Translations under genes and position numbers: made by a program
Source of the DNA: Pseudonocardiaceae bacterium
GTDB taxonomy: Bacteria > Actinomycetota > Actinomycetes > Mycobacteriales > Pseudonocardiaceae
Direction: 5' to 3'
Assembly (NCBI GenBank): GCA_035552275.1
Contig: DASZLR010000141.1
Coordinates: forward strand, 9,186 to 73,185
Length of the DNA: 64,000 bases
Notes under the pieces: model-generated
What the model saw: only the letters and a program-made list of their open reading frames with translations
Database searches by the model: none
What the model was told of the DNA's origin: nothing
Shown here: positions 45,021 to 54,400 of the stretch, one piece after another
Numbering within the stretch: the first letter of the stretch is position 1
Layout: every line of letters begins with the position of its first letter

Positions 45021-46397
45021 CTAGTCCTCTTCGGACTTTTCGTCCTCGGGCCGGCTCAACAACTTCTGACCGCGCAGCGACAGTTCCATCTCCAGCCGCT
45101 CGTCCGGGTTGTTGAGACGGTCGCCGAACAGCGCCTCAAGCTGCCGCATCCGGTACCGCACCGTCTGCGGGTGCACGTCCAGCGCCTTCGCGATCTCCGG
45201 CACCGCGCCCCGGGTTTCCAACCACGACAACAATGTCTCGGCCAACCTGGCCCGCTGGTTGGGGGACAGGTCGGCCAGCGGCGCGAGGCTGCGCTTGGCG
45301 AGTTCGCCGACCAGCAACTCGTCGGTCAGCAGCCACATGGTGGACAGGTGATCCCGGCACCAGACCACCGGATCGTCGGCGATGGCGCCGGTGTGCACCA
45401 GGCCCAGCGCCCGGCGGGCCCACTGCAGCGACTTGGGCGCCTCAGCCACCGGAACATCCGGGCCGACGACCGCCCGCCAGCCGGGCAACTCGGCCGAGAA
45501 GTCGCGCAGGTGCGTCTCCGGATCGGCGGTGATCATGGTGGGCTGCGCGCTTTCCAGGTCCACCAACATGGCCAGGTCGAATTCCGGCAGCGGCAAATCC
45601 TCGTCATCGACGGCAGCCGCGGCACTGCCGACGCCGATGGCGCCGACGTCGCCGTCCCGGCTCGGTTCGAGGGCGACCACGCACAGTCGTTCGGGCAGCG
45701 GCCAGTTGGTGGCCTTGGCCAGTTCGGCGATCGCGGCCGAGGACGCCGGCGGCTGTTGCAGGATCATCTCGGACAGCCGCTGGCGGCGCCGGTCGAAGGT
45801 GCCGGCAGCGCGGGCCTGCTCGGCCGCGTATCCCTCCAGCGACAGAATCGAGATGTCGTTGACGAAGGCGAAAATGGCCTCGGCGCCCACCGACAGCGCG
45901 GCGGTCGGTATTCCCATCGACATGCCGATCGCGGACACCGCCCGCCAGGCGGCCCGCCCGCCGACCCGGTACGCGGCCTGCAGCGAGTCCATCGTGCGGC
46001 CCTCGCGGAATTCCAGCCGCCCGCGCTGGCGCAGCGCGTCGGCCCACTCGCTCTGGCCGTGCTCCGGTTTGCCGACCGAGTCGATGCAGTGCGCGATCGC
46101 CGCGTGCACGCCCCTGGTCATCAGCTTGCCCAGCCGGCTGTCCGGATCGTCGGTGTACTCGGGCACCGCGCGGCGGATCTCGGCCATCACGTCCCGGGCG
46201 ATGCGGCTGGCGTGCGGCTTGAACCGAAGCGCGATCTCGCGGGGCATGGTGGCCCAGAGGTCGCCAGACGATCCGATATCGCCGGTAGCTCGCCGACCGT
46301 CCGCGCCTTTGCCGCCTACCACGGTCAACGGCCGGCGACCGCTAGAGTGCACGACGGAGCCTCCCGGACGGCCTGCACTGACAGTCATGATCGTCAC
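45021..46397 (-). CDS. PucR/CdaR-family transcriptional regulator
   Basis: The C-terminal HTH LDVHPQTVRYRMRQLEALFGDRLNNPDERLEMELSLR is the PucR C-terminal signature. The true start may lie downstream of 46397. Confidence 0.75.
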   Translation of the reverse strand: MTIMTVSAGRPGGSVVHSSGRRPLTVVGGKGADGRRATGDIGSSGDLWATMPREIALRFKPHASRIARDVMAEIRRAVPEYTDDPDSRLGKLMTRGVHAAIAHCIDSVGKPEHGQSEWADALRQRGRLEFREGRTMDSLQAAYRVGGRAAWRAVSAIGMSMGIPTAALSVGAEAIFAFVNDISILSLEGYAAEQARAAGTFDRRRQRLSEMILQQPPASSAAIAELAKATNWPLPERLCVVALEPSRDGDVGAIGVGSAAAAVDDEDLPLPEFDLAMLVDLESAQPTMITADPETHLRDFSAELPGWRAVVGPDVPVAEAPKSLQWARRALGLVHTGAIADDPVVWCRDHLSTMWLLTDELLVGELAKRSLAPLADLSPNQRARLAETLLSWLETRGAVPEIAKALDVHPQTVRYRMRQLEALFGDRLNNPDERLEMELSLRGQKLLSRPEDEKSEED

Positions 46398-46630
46398 CCT
46401 CCGCTACCACAGCTGACCGTGATGCGCATACTGGTCAGTACGGCAGCGCCCAAATTTGTCGGCTGACGATAAGATTACCTCGCCTCTGTGTCAATAGGTG
46501 GTACCACACGCCCACCCCTATGGGGTACACCGGGGTCTCACTATTCACCGACAGTGCCGAGGGTTGGCTCGCCCTGGTGGTTATGCGAGGCTGTTTCCGC
46601 ACAATCGGCGACGTCAGGGCGGCAGGGGCC

Positions 46631-48631
46631 ATGCGCGGAACGCACCGCCGCGGGCTCCGCCATATCGCGGTCGCCGGCGGCCTGCTGGGGCTACTCGGCG
46701 TGGGCGTGGTCGCCTTGAGCGGCAACACATCCGATCTCGGCCCGGTTCCGGACTCCGCCGCGCCCCCGCCGAACTACCTTGGCCTGGACAGCTACCTGCA
46801 CTGGGACAAGTTGCCGTACCTGGAAATCGGTGACCGGGTCGGTGGCCAGTCCACTGCGGATCCCGGCGGCAGCAACAGCGTCGGCAACGGGTTGGGGAGT
46901 CTGCCCGACGGCGAACGGGTTCTGTTCGACCAGGCCGGTCCGGGCGTGGCGACTTTTTTGCGAATGCAGCAGGGCACGGGCGGCCCGTGGCGGTTGCGCC
47001 AGGACGGCGTCGACACCGTGATCGGCGCCAACGACCTCGGCCAGCGGCGGCCGACGACAGCCCCCGGCGTGCGGTTTCCCTATCCGCTGTCGCTCAACAA
47101 GACGGAAAGCCAGGGCAGCAGCGTCGTCGCCACCGCCCTGCCCTTTGGCCGGGACCTGAGCCTGACCTCGTCGTCGGCCAACGGGAATTTCTATTCGCTG
47201 TACCGAAAACTGCCGATCGACGCGCCGCTGCCGCAACAGAACGCGGACACCGTCAACCGGGTGGCGGCGCTGCTGCGGTCGTCCGCGAGCGATCTCCTGC
47301 CGGCGGATCTCACCGCGCAGCGGGGCACCCTGTCGCTGGCCGGCGGCGCGTCCGGCACGGTGACCACCATCGCGGGCAGCCAGGAAATCCGGACGATCAC
47401 CTTCGCGGTGCCGGTCGCCGACATGGTGTCGTTCGGGGACGCCCGGCTGCGTATCTACTGGAACGGCGAGTCGGCGCCGAGCGTGGACGCGCCGATCGGG
47501 TACCTGGCCGGGGACGGCGGCGGGGTCTATCAGCCGGCCGGTCGACCGCTGGTGGGCGCTTTTCCCAGTGATATCACCGCGATCACCGGCCCGGATGGCA
47601 GCCCGTATCTGCGGTTCAGTCTGTACTGGCCGATGCCGTTCACCGCGGGGGCGCGCATCGAGCTGGCGTCCGGACCGGTGGCGACCGGTCCGGTGAGCTG
47701 GTCGGTGGGGTACCAGCGGTTCACCGATCCACCCAACTGGGTCGGCACATTCCACGCCAACTACACCGAGATCCCGCGTCCCACGCCCGGTCAGGACATG
47801 AGCTTCCTGGACTATCGGGGCAGCGGCAAACTGGTCGGCACGGTGATCAATTTCGGCGCGGTGGGCACCACCCTGGAGGGGGACCCGCACATCTATCTCG
47901 ACGGCAGCCGCACGCCGCAGATCGTCGGCACCGGAACCGAGGAATGGGGGATGGGCGGCGACTACTGGAACAATGGCCGGCAGACGACACTGCCGCTGGC
48001 CGGACTGCCGTCCACGAACGACAATCCACAAGGGACTGATGTGGACGGGGCCGCCGAATACCGGTTCCTGATCGCCGACAGCATTCCGTTCAACAGCCGG
48101 ATCGTGGTCAACTGGGAACACGGCGGGGTGAACGAGTCGACGCCGCCGTATCGGGCCACCATGCTGTGGTACGGCAATCCGAACCCCACGGCGGTGCGCA
48201 CCGATCAGTTGGCGGCGTCGGGTGGAAGCGGCTACCGACTGGACTCGGCGTACGAGTACACGGTGACCGCGCCGACGGTCGGCGGGACGATGACCGCGAC
48301 CACCGGGCAGGCTGATTTCGTGCTGAAGCCGCGACCGGACAACGTGGGCGCCTTCCTGCGTCGCACTTTTGATTCGTGTGTGCCGAATCAGCGCGCCACG
48401 GTGCTGGTCGACGGCCGGTTCGCCGGCACCTGGTACGACCCGGGCGGATCACCGCGCGCCGAGAATCGGTGCTGGCGGCAGGAGGACTTTCCGTTGCCCG
48501 CCAGCCTCACCGAAGGCCGCGACGCGATCACCGTCACCGTGCGGAACGCGCCATCGCCCAGCGCCGGGCTACCCGCCGGCACGGTGTGGACCGCGGCCGA
48601 CTACGCGCTGTACAGCTTCGTCACCGCGTGA
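46631..48631 (+). CDS. Secreted DUF2961 / GH172-like protein
   Basis: I chose the ATG at 46631 (MRGTHRRGLRHIAVAGGLLGLLGVGVVALSG signal/TM). The region EGDPHIYLDGSRTPQIVGTGTEEWGMGGDYW resembles the DUF2961 core (EGDE..DG...GTG.EDYF). The call is from memory of the family and was not searched. Confidence 0.5.
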   Translation: MRGTHRRGLRHIAVAGGLLGLLGVGVVALSGNTSDLGPVPDSAAPPPNYLGLDSYLHWDKLPYLEIGDRVGGQSTADPGGSNSVGNGLGSLPDGERVLFDQAGPGVATFLRMQQGTGGPWRLRQDGVDTVIGANDLGQRRPTTAPGVRFPYPLSLNKTESQGSSVVATALPFGRDLSLTSSSANGNFYSLYRKLPIDAPLPQQNADTVNRVAALLRSSASDLLPADLTAQRGTLSLAGGASGTVTTIAGSQEIRTITFAVPVADMVSFGDARLRIYWNGESAPSVDAPIGYLAGDGGGVYQPAGRPLVGAFPSDITAITGPDGSPYLRFSLYWPMPFTAGARIELASGPVATGPVSWSVGYQRFTDPPNWVGTFHANYTEIPRPTPGQDMSFLDYRGSGKLVGTVINFGAVGTTLEGDPHIYLDGSRTPQIVGTGTEEWGMGGDYWNNGRQTTLPLAGLPSTNDNPQGTDVDGAAEYRFLIADSIPFNSRIVVNWEHGGVNESTPPYRATMLWYGNPNPTAVRTDQLAASGGSGYRLDSAYEYTVTAPTVGGTMTATTGQADFVLKPRPDNVGAFLRRTFDSCVPNQRATVLVDGRFAGTWYDPGGSPRAENRCWRQEDFPLPASLTEGRDAITVTVRNAPSPSAGLPAGTVWTAADYALYSFVTA

Positions 48632-48669
48632 ATCGGCCCGCCGGCACGGCGACATGGGCGAACTGAGGT

Positions 48670-48742
48670 GCGGGTCGCGGCCAGGCGCGGTAGTGGCCGC
48701 GACCCGCGGCCCGTGACCAGCCGTGTTTCGGCCGGTCACGGG
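48670..48742. terminator. Two adjacent hairpins between convergent genes (bidirectional terminator region)
   Basis: 14-bp stem gcgggtcgcggcca / tggccgcgacccgc (48670-48707) and 9-bp stem cccgtgacc / ggtcacggg (48710-48742). Confidence 0.6.
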
Positions 48743-48750
48743 CGGTCGTG

Positions 48751-49818
48751 TCAGCTCGACAGGCCCAGCGTCGAGGCGATCGACGGCCAGGTCTTGTCGA
48801 ACTCGCGCTGCCAGTACGGCCACGAGTGCGTGCCGTTGCCGTAGTAGTCCGTCGTCACTGGAATGCCCTGCTGCTGCATCATGTTCGTGAAGCTCTGCGA
48901 CGACTGGAGCACCCACGGCTCGATGAGGTCGCCGTTCGCCGACGGCGATCCCGGCGTGTCCAGCGGCCCGGGCGAACCGTTCCCGGACGACACGAACAAC
49001 TTGATGCCCTTGAACGCCTGCGGATGGTCGTACGGGTTGTGGGCGTTCCAGATGCCTATGTTCATGTAGGGATCACCCCACAGCGCCCACGGGTTGGAGC
49101 CGTCCCGACCCAGCACCGCCCACTGGATGAACTGCTGCACCGAATACAACTCGGTGTTCGGGATGCCGCTGTAGGAGAACGCTCCCTGGAACATGCCCGG
49201 ATTCTGGAAGGCGTACTCCAACGCGCCGAACCCGCCGATGGACAGCCCGGCGACGACCCTGCGCGTGCCGGCTCGGAAGTCCCGGGTCAGGATCTGCAGC
49301 AGTTCCTTGGTGTGGAACGTGGACCAGTCCGGCTTGTTCGCGCCCCAGTTCCACCACGCCGAGTACATGCCGTCCTCGCCGTCGGCGGGCATCACGATCA
49401 GCGCGTCGGAACTCGCCGTGACGTTCTCCACGTCGGTGTTGATCGTCCAGTCCTGGTAGTCGTTCTGGTCGTTGGACCCGCTCAGCAGGTACAGCACCGG
49501 CCAGCTCTGGCCGGGCTGGCTGCTCCAGTCCGCCGGCAGTTCCACCCGAACCGGCTCGGTGGCGCCCACCGCCGGCGAGGAGATCTGCACGTCGAGGGTG
49601 CGCGCGTCGACCTGGGTCTCCGAGACGATGCTCGCGCCGTCGTCGGCGCTGGCGGTGCCGGTTCCGTCCAGGCCGACGGCCGCCGAGGCGGTGCCCGCCT
49701 GCCAGGCCACGATCCCGGACGCGACAACGGTTCCGCCGACCAGGATGCTCACGATCCGACGCCCCCGCCAGCGTCGGCGCGGAGCCGCCCGATCGGCTGC
49801 TCTTCGGGTGAACCTCAT
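48751..49818 (-). CDS. Secreted esterase of the esterase D / antigen 85 (mycolyltransferase-like) family
   Basis: Arg-rich signal peptide (RRRWRGRRIVSILVGG...ASAAV). PVLYLLSG and VAGLSIGGFGALEYA (GxSxGG) are typical of PF00756-type esterases. It lies 27 nt downstream of accD on the same strand. Confidence 0.75.
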   Translation of the reverse strand: MRFTRRAADRAAPRRRWRGRRIVSILVGGTVVASGIVAWQAGTASAAVGLDGTGTASADDGASIVSETQVDARTLDVQISSPAVGATEPVRVELPADWSSQPGQSWPVLYLLSGSNDQNDYQDWTINTDVENVTASSDALIVMPADGEDGMYSAWWNWGANKPDWSTFHTKELLQILTRDFRAGTRRVVAGLSIGGFGALEYAFQNPGMFQGAFSYSGIPNTELYSVQQFIQWAVLGRDGSNPWALWGDPYMNIGIWNAHNPYDHPQAFKGIKLFVSSGNGSPGPLDTPGSPSANGDLIEPWVLQSSQSFTNMMQQQGIPVTTDYYGNGTHSWPYWQREFDKTWPSIASTLGLSS

Positions 49819-49845
49819 ACGTGAGCCTCCTTGATCACATTCCGC

Positions 49846-51450
49846 TCAAAGCGGGATATTGCCGTGCTTGCGGGCCGGAATCGTGCTTCTCTTCTGTCGC
49901 AGCATCCGCAGTGCGCTCGCGACCTCAGTTCTGGTGTGCGCCGGCCGAATCACCCGGTCGACGTAGCCGCGCTCGGCGGCCGCGTACGGCGTCGCGACGG
50001 TTCGCTGGTACTGCGTGGTCAGTTCTCGACGCAGCCGGCCCCGCTCCGGCTCGTCCTGTTTGGACAGCCCTCGGCCGTGCAGCACCTGCACCGCGCCGAC
50101 CGCACCCATCACCGCGATCTCGGCCGTCGGCCAGGCGAGGTTCACGTCCGCGCCGAGGTGCTTGGAGCCCATCACCGCATAGCCGCCGCCGTAGGCCTTT
50201 CGGGTCACCACGGTGACCTTCGGGACGGTGGACTCGGCGTAGGCGTAGATCAGCTTGGCGCCCCGGCGGATGATGCCCTGCCGCTCCTGCGCGACGCCGG
50301 GCAGATAACCGGGCACGTCGGCGAAGGTCAGCAGCGGAATGCCGAACGCGTCGCAGAACCGGACGAACCGAGCCGCCTTCTCGGACGCGTCGATGTCGAT
50401 GGCGCCGGCGAAGTGCCGGGGCTGGTTGGCCACCACACCCACGGTGTGCCCCTCGACCCGGCCGAACGCGCAGATCATGTTGGGCGCGAACCGGTCGTGC
50501 ACCTGGAGCACGTCGCCGTCGTCCACCACCCGGCGGAGCACGTCGAGCATGTCGTAGCCCTGGTCGCCGGCGTCGGGCACGATGCCGTCCAGCTCCAGAT
50601 CCGCCGCGGTCAGCTCGTGCTCGGTGTCGTCGGCGTAGGCCGGCGGCGGACTGGTGTTGTTGCTGGGCAGGTAGCCCAGCAGGGTCTTCACCCAGTCGAT
50701 GGCGTCGGTCTCGTCCGCCGCCAGATAGTGCGAGTTGCCGGACACCGTGCTGTTGGTGAGCGGACCGCCGAGCTCTTCCAGGGTCACGTGCTCGCCGGTC
50801 ACGGCGGACACCACCTCCGGTCCGGTGATGACCATGTGCGAGGTGTTGTCCACCATCACGGTGAAGTCGGTGATCGCGGGGGAGTAGACCGAGCCGCCGG
50901 CGCACGGGCCCAGGATCAGCGAGATCTGCGGGATCACCCCGGAGGCCAGCGTGTTGCGCCGGCCCAGCTCGGCGTAGTACGCCAGCGAGACCACGCCCTC
51001 CTGGATGCGCGCGCCGCCGGAGTCGTTGATGCCGATCAGCGGGCAGCCGATCCGCATCGCGAGGTCCATCACCTTCAGCACCTTGGCCCCGAACGCCTCG
51101 CCCATGCTGCCGCCGAACACGCTGAAGTCCTGGGAGAACAGGCATACCCGGCGGCCGTCGACGGTGGCGTGCCCGGTGACCACGCCGTCGCCGTACGGGC
51201 GGCTGGCGTCCATGCCGAAATCGGTGCAGCGGTGCCGGGCGAGCTGGTCGGTCTCCACGAACGATCCCGGATCCACCAGCAGCTCGATCCGCTCCCGCGC
51301 GGTCAGCTTGCCCTTGGGGTGCTGGCGCTCCACGGCCCGCTTCTCCGCGATACGCAGCGCGTCGTCCTGCCGCATCAGCAGGTCGTCGATCAGCGACGCG
51401 GTGCCCGATGTCAGGTCGCGAACCTCAGCGTTGAACATCTCATCGAACAT
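49846..51450 (-). CDS. accD: Acyl-CoA carboxylase carboxyltransferase beta subunit (AccD family)
   Basis: 534 aa. GKLTARERIELLVDPGSF, GINDSGGARIQEG and PQISLILGPCAGG are present, along with the second CT repeat. Its start lies 1 nt after the PKS stop. Confidence 0.9.
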   Translation of the reverse strand: MFDEMFNAEVRDLTSGTASLIDDLLMRQDDALRIAEKRAVERQHPKGKLTARERIELLVDPGSFVETDQLARHRCTDFGMDASRPYGDGVVTGHATVDGRRVCLFSQDFSVFGGSMGEAFGAKVLKVMDLAMRIGCPLIGINDSGGARIQEGVVSLAYYAELGRRNTLASGVIPQISLILGPCAGGSVYSPAITDFTVMVDNTSHMVITGPEVVSAVTGEHVTLEELGGPLTNSTVSGNSHYLAADETDAIDWVKTLLGYLPSNNTSPPPAYADDTEHELTAADLELDGIVPDAGDQGYDMLDVLRRVVDDGDVLQVHDRFAPNMICAFGRVEGHTVGVVANQPRHFAGAIDIDASEKAARFVRFCDAFGIPLLTFADVPGYLPGVAQERQGIIRRGAKLIYAYAESTVPKVTVVTRKAYGGGYAVMGSKHLGADVNLAWPTAEIAVMGAVGAVQVLHGRGLSKQDEPERGRLRRELTTQYQRTVATPYAAAERGYVDRVIRPAHTRTEVASALRMLRQKRSTIPARKHGNIPL

Positions 51451-51451
51451 C

Positions 51452-54400
51452 TCAGGGCTCCTTGCGACCGTGCTCCGCCGAGCCGAGGGCGTCGGCGAGG
51501 TGGTGTGCCAGGACCGCCACGTTCGGCGGGTCGATCATGGTCACGTGGTCACCCGGCACCCGGACCACGCGCAGGTCGGCGCACAGCTCGTCCCAGCCCA
51601 ACGCCTCGTCGGTGCGCAGGTAGCGCGGGTCCAGCGAGGTGGTCAGCTGGTGCTGGTCGGCGGCCCGCAGCAACAGGACCCGCCCGTCGTACGGCCGCGG
51701 TTGGTACCGCTCGGACACCCGAGCATCCACATAGGACGTGTACTGGTGGCGCAGCACCGCCTCGCCCAGATCGGGCACCCGGCTGGACAGTCTGTCCAGC
51801 ACGAACCTGATCTGCTCCGGTTCATCCAATGTGGACAACTCAGTGATGGAGATGTCCAGCCGCACGCCGTAGGTGTGCTCGACGTGCTCGGCGAACCGGG
51901 CGAACCGCTCCAGCAACAGCACCTGTGGCGAGGCGTTGGGCGCGGGCAGCGGCAGGATCGAGTCGATCATCGCCACCAGCGACACCCGCTGCCCGGCCTT
52001 GGTCAGCACCGAGGCCACCTCGTACGCCAGACAGCCGCCGAACGACCAGCCGCCCAGCAGGTACGGGCCGTCCGGCTGGATCTCACGCAGCAGCTCGACG
52101 TACCGGGCGGCCTTGTCCTCGACAGTGTCCACATCGTCCAGTCGCTCGTAGCCGTAGCACGGCCGTCCATTCGGCAGCGCGGCGATCAGCGGCTGGTACA
52201 CGCTCGTCGGTCCGCCCGCCGGGTGGAACAGGTGCAGTGGCACATCGGCGCCCTCGGCCCGCAGTGCGCGTACCACCATCTGATGTGGATTGTCCTCGAA
52301 CGAGGACCGGAGCAGGTCGGCCATCACCGCGATGGTCGGGTTGGCGAACAGCGACTCAACCTCGGGCACCGGGCCGCGGTCGCCGATCCGGTCCGCGATC
52401 AGCGCCCGTACCTGGTCGGCCAGCACATCGTCGCCGCCGACCGCGAAGAAGTCGTCATGCACACCCATTCCGTTGCGGCCCAACACATCCCGCCACAGCA
52501 GGGCCAGCCAACGTTCGGTGGCGTCGCGCGGCCCGATCGGCCCATGCGCCGCCGGCGCGGCAGGAATCCGCTCGGCGTTCGGCTGGGCGGCGGCGGGTTG
52601 CGGGGTGGGCACGGTGGGTACGGTGGGTTGCGGGCCAGGCGGGGAAGGCACGGTGGGTTGCGGGCCAGGCGGGGAGGGCACGGTGGGTACAGTGATGCCC
52701 ACGGTCGCGGCCAGCTCGTCCGCGACGTCGGCGAGGCTCGCGCCGCGCAGCAGCGCCGAGACCGGTGGCGGCACGCCGAGATCGTGTTGCACCGCCGCGC
52801 GCATCCGCATCGCCATCAGCGAGTCCAGCCCGAGCTGGGTGAGCGGCAGGTGCTGGTCCAGCCGGTCCGGCGTGGTGCCGATCAGCCCGGCCAGCAGGTT
52901 CGCCAGCCGGTTGCGCAGCACGTCCACGCCTTCGTCCGGCGCCATTCGGCGCACCGCTGCCAAGCCCGGCCAGTCATCCCCGCCGGCCGAACCGTCCACA
53001 GTGGTCGGACCGGCGCCGGCCAGCAGGTCGGCGAGGAACGGCCGGCTCGCCAGTTCCGGGTAAAGGTCCAGGGTCGTCGCCAGGTCCACCCGGGCGACGC
53101 CGGTGGCCGCCCGGCCGCCGGCCAAGATCGTCTCCATCGCCGCGACGCCCTGCTCCGGTCGCAGCGCCGCCAGCACCGCGTTGGCCCGGTCCGCTCCGTC
53201 AGCGTCCGCGCGTTCCCAAGCGCCCCACTGGATGGTGGTCGCTGGCAGGCCCTGCCGGCGGCGGTCGGCGACCAGCCCGTCCAGCCAGGCGTTGGCGGTG
53301 GCATAGGCGGCCTGGCCCGGCGACCCGAACAGCGCGGCGACCGACGAGAACACCAGCCACCAGTCCAGCGGCACGTCCGCGGTGGCCTCGTGCAGCGCGG
53401 CGCCACCGAGCACCTTGGGGCGCCACACCGTCATCAGGTCATCCTCGGTCAGCTCGATGGCCAGCCGGTCGGCCAGCACGCCGGCCGCGTGCACCACGCC
53501 GTAAAGCGGCAGGCCGTCGGCTTGAGCGTGGTCGACCAGTCGTCGGGCCACGCCCGGCTCGGCGATGTCGCCGGGCACCACGTCGATCTCGGTGCCATTC
53601 GCCCGCAGTTCGCCCAGCACCGCGATGGTCGCCGGGGAGGGCCCGTGGCGGCCGCTGAGCACCACCCGTCTGGCCCCGCCGGCAACCAGCCAGCGGGCCA
53701 CCCGCAGACCGAGCTCGCCGAGACCTCCGGTGATCAGGTAGGCGCCGGGCCGGACAGTCCGGCCCGCGGGCTCGACGCCGGACTCGGCCTGGGCCAGGTC
53801 GGTGCGGGCCAGCCGGGCGGTGTAGCGGACATCGCCGCGCCAGGCGACCTCGTCGGCGGCGGAGTCGGCGCGCAACTCGTCGGCCAGGTGGTCCACGGTC
53901 GCGCCGGCGCCGAGGTCCACCAGGCTGGCGCGCAGCTCGGGATGCTCGAACGCGAGCACCCGGACCAACGCCCGCAGACAACCCAGGCCCGGCGCGCCGG
54001 ATTCGGCCGGGTCCACCGCTGTGCCGCCGACGGTGACGAACCACAGTCGCGGCGTCGGGTCCGAGCGTCGTTCCAACTCGCGGACCCACGCCGCCGCCGT
54101 GTGCACCCACTGCCGGGCCCGCGCCGGATCGGTGTAGTCGTCGGCCGGGCCGGCGATCAGCACCACGTCCGACGGGCGGATGTCGCCGATGTCCTGGTCG
54201 TCCGGACGATCGTGGCCGTGCACCGGCGTCGCCCGGTCGCCGTGCTCGGCCAGCAGATCCGCCAGCGCGGCTCGGTCCACAGTGGACTTGTCGGTGTCGT
54301 CTGTGCCGTCGGTGGCCAGCAGCCAGGCGCGCGGTCGCCGCGCGGCCGGCGGCAGCGGGTCCGGCTTCCAGCGCAGCTCGAAACCGAGATCGCGCGGATC

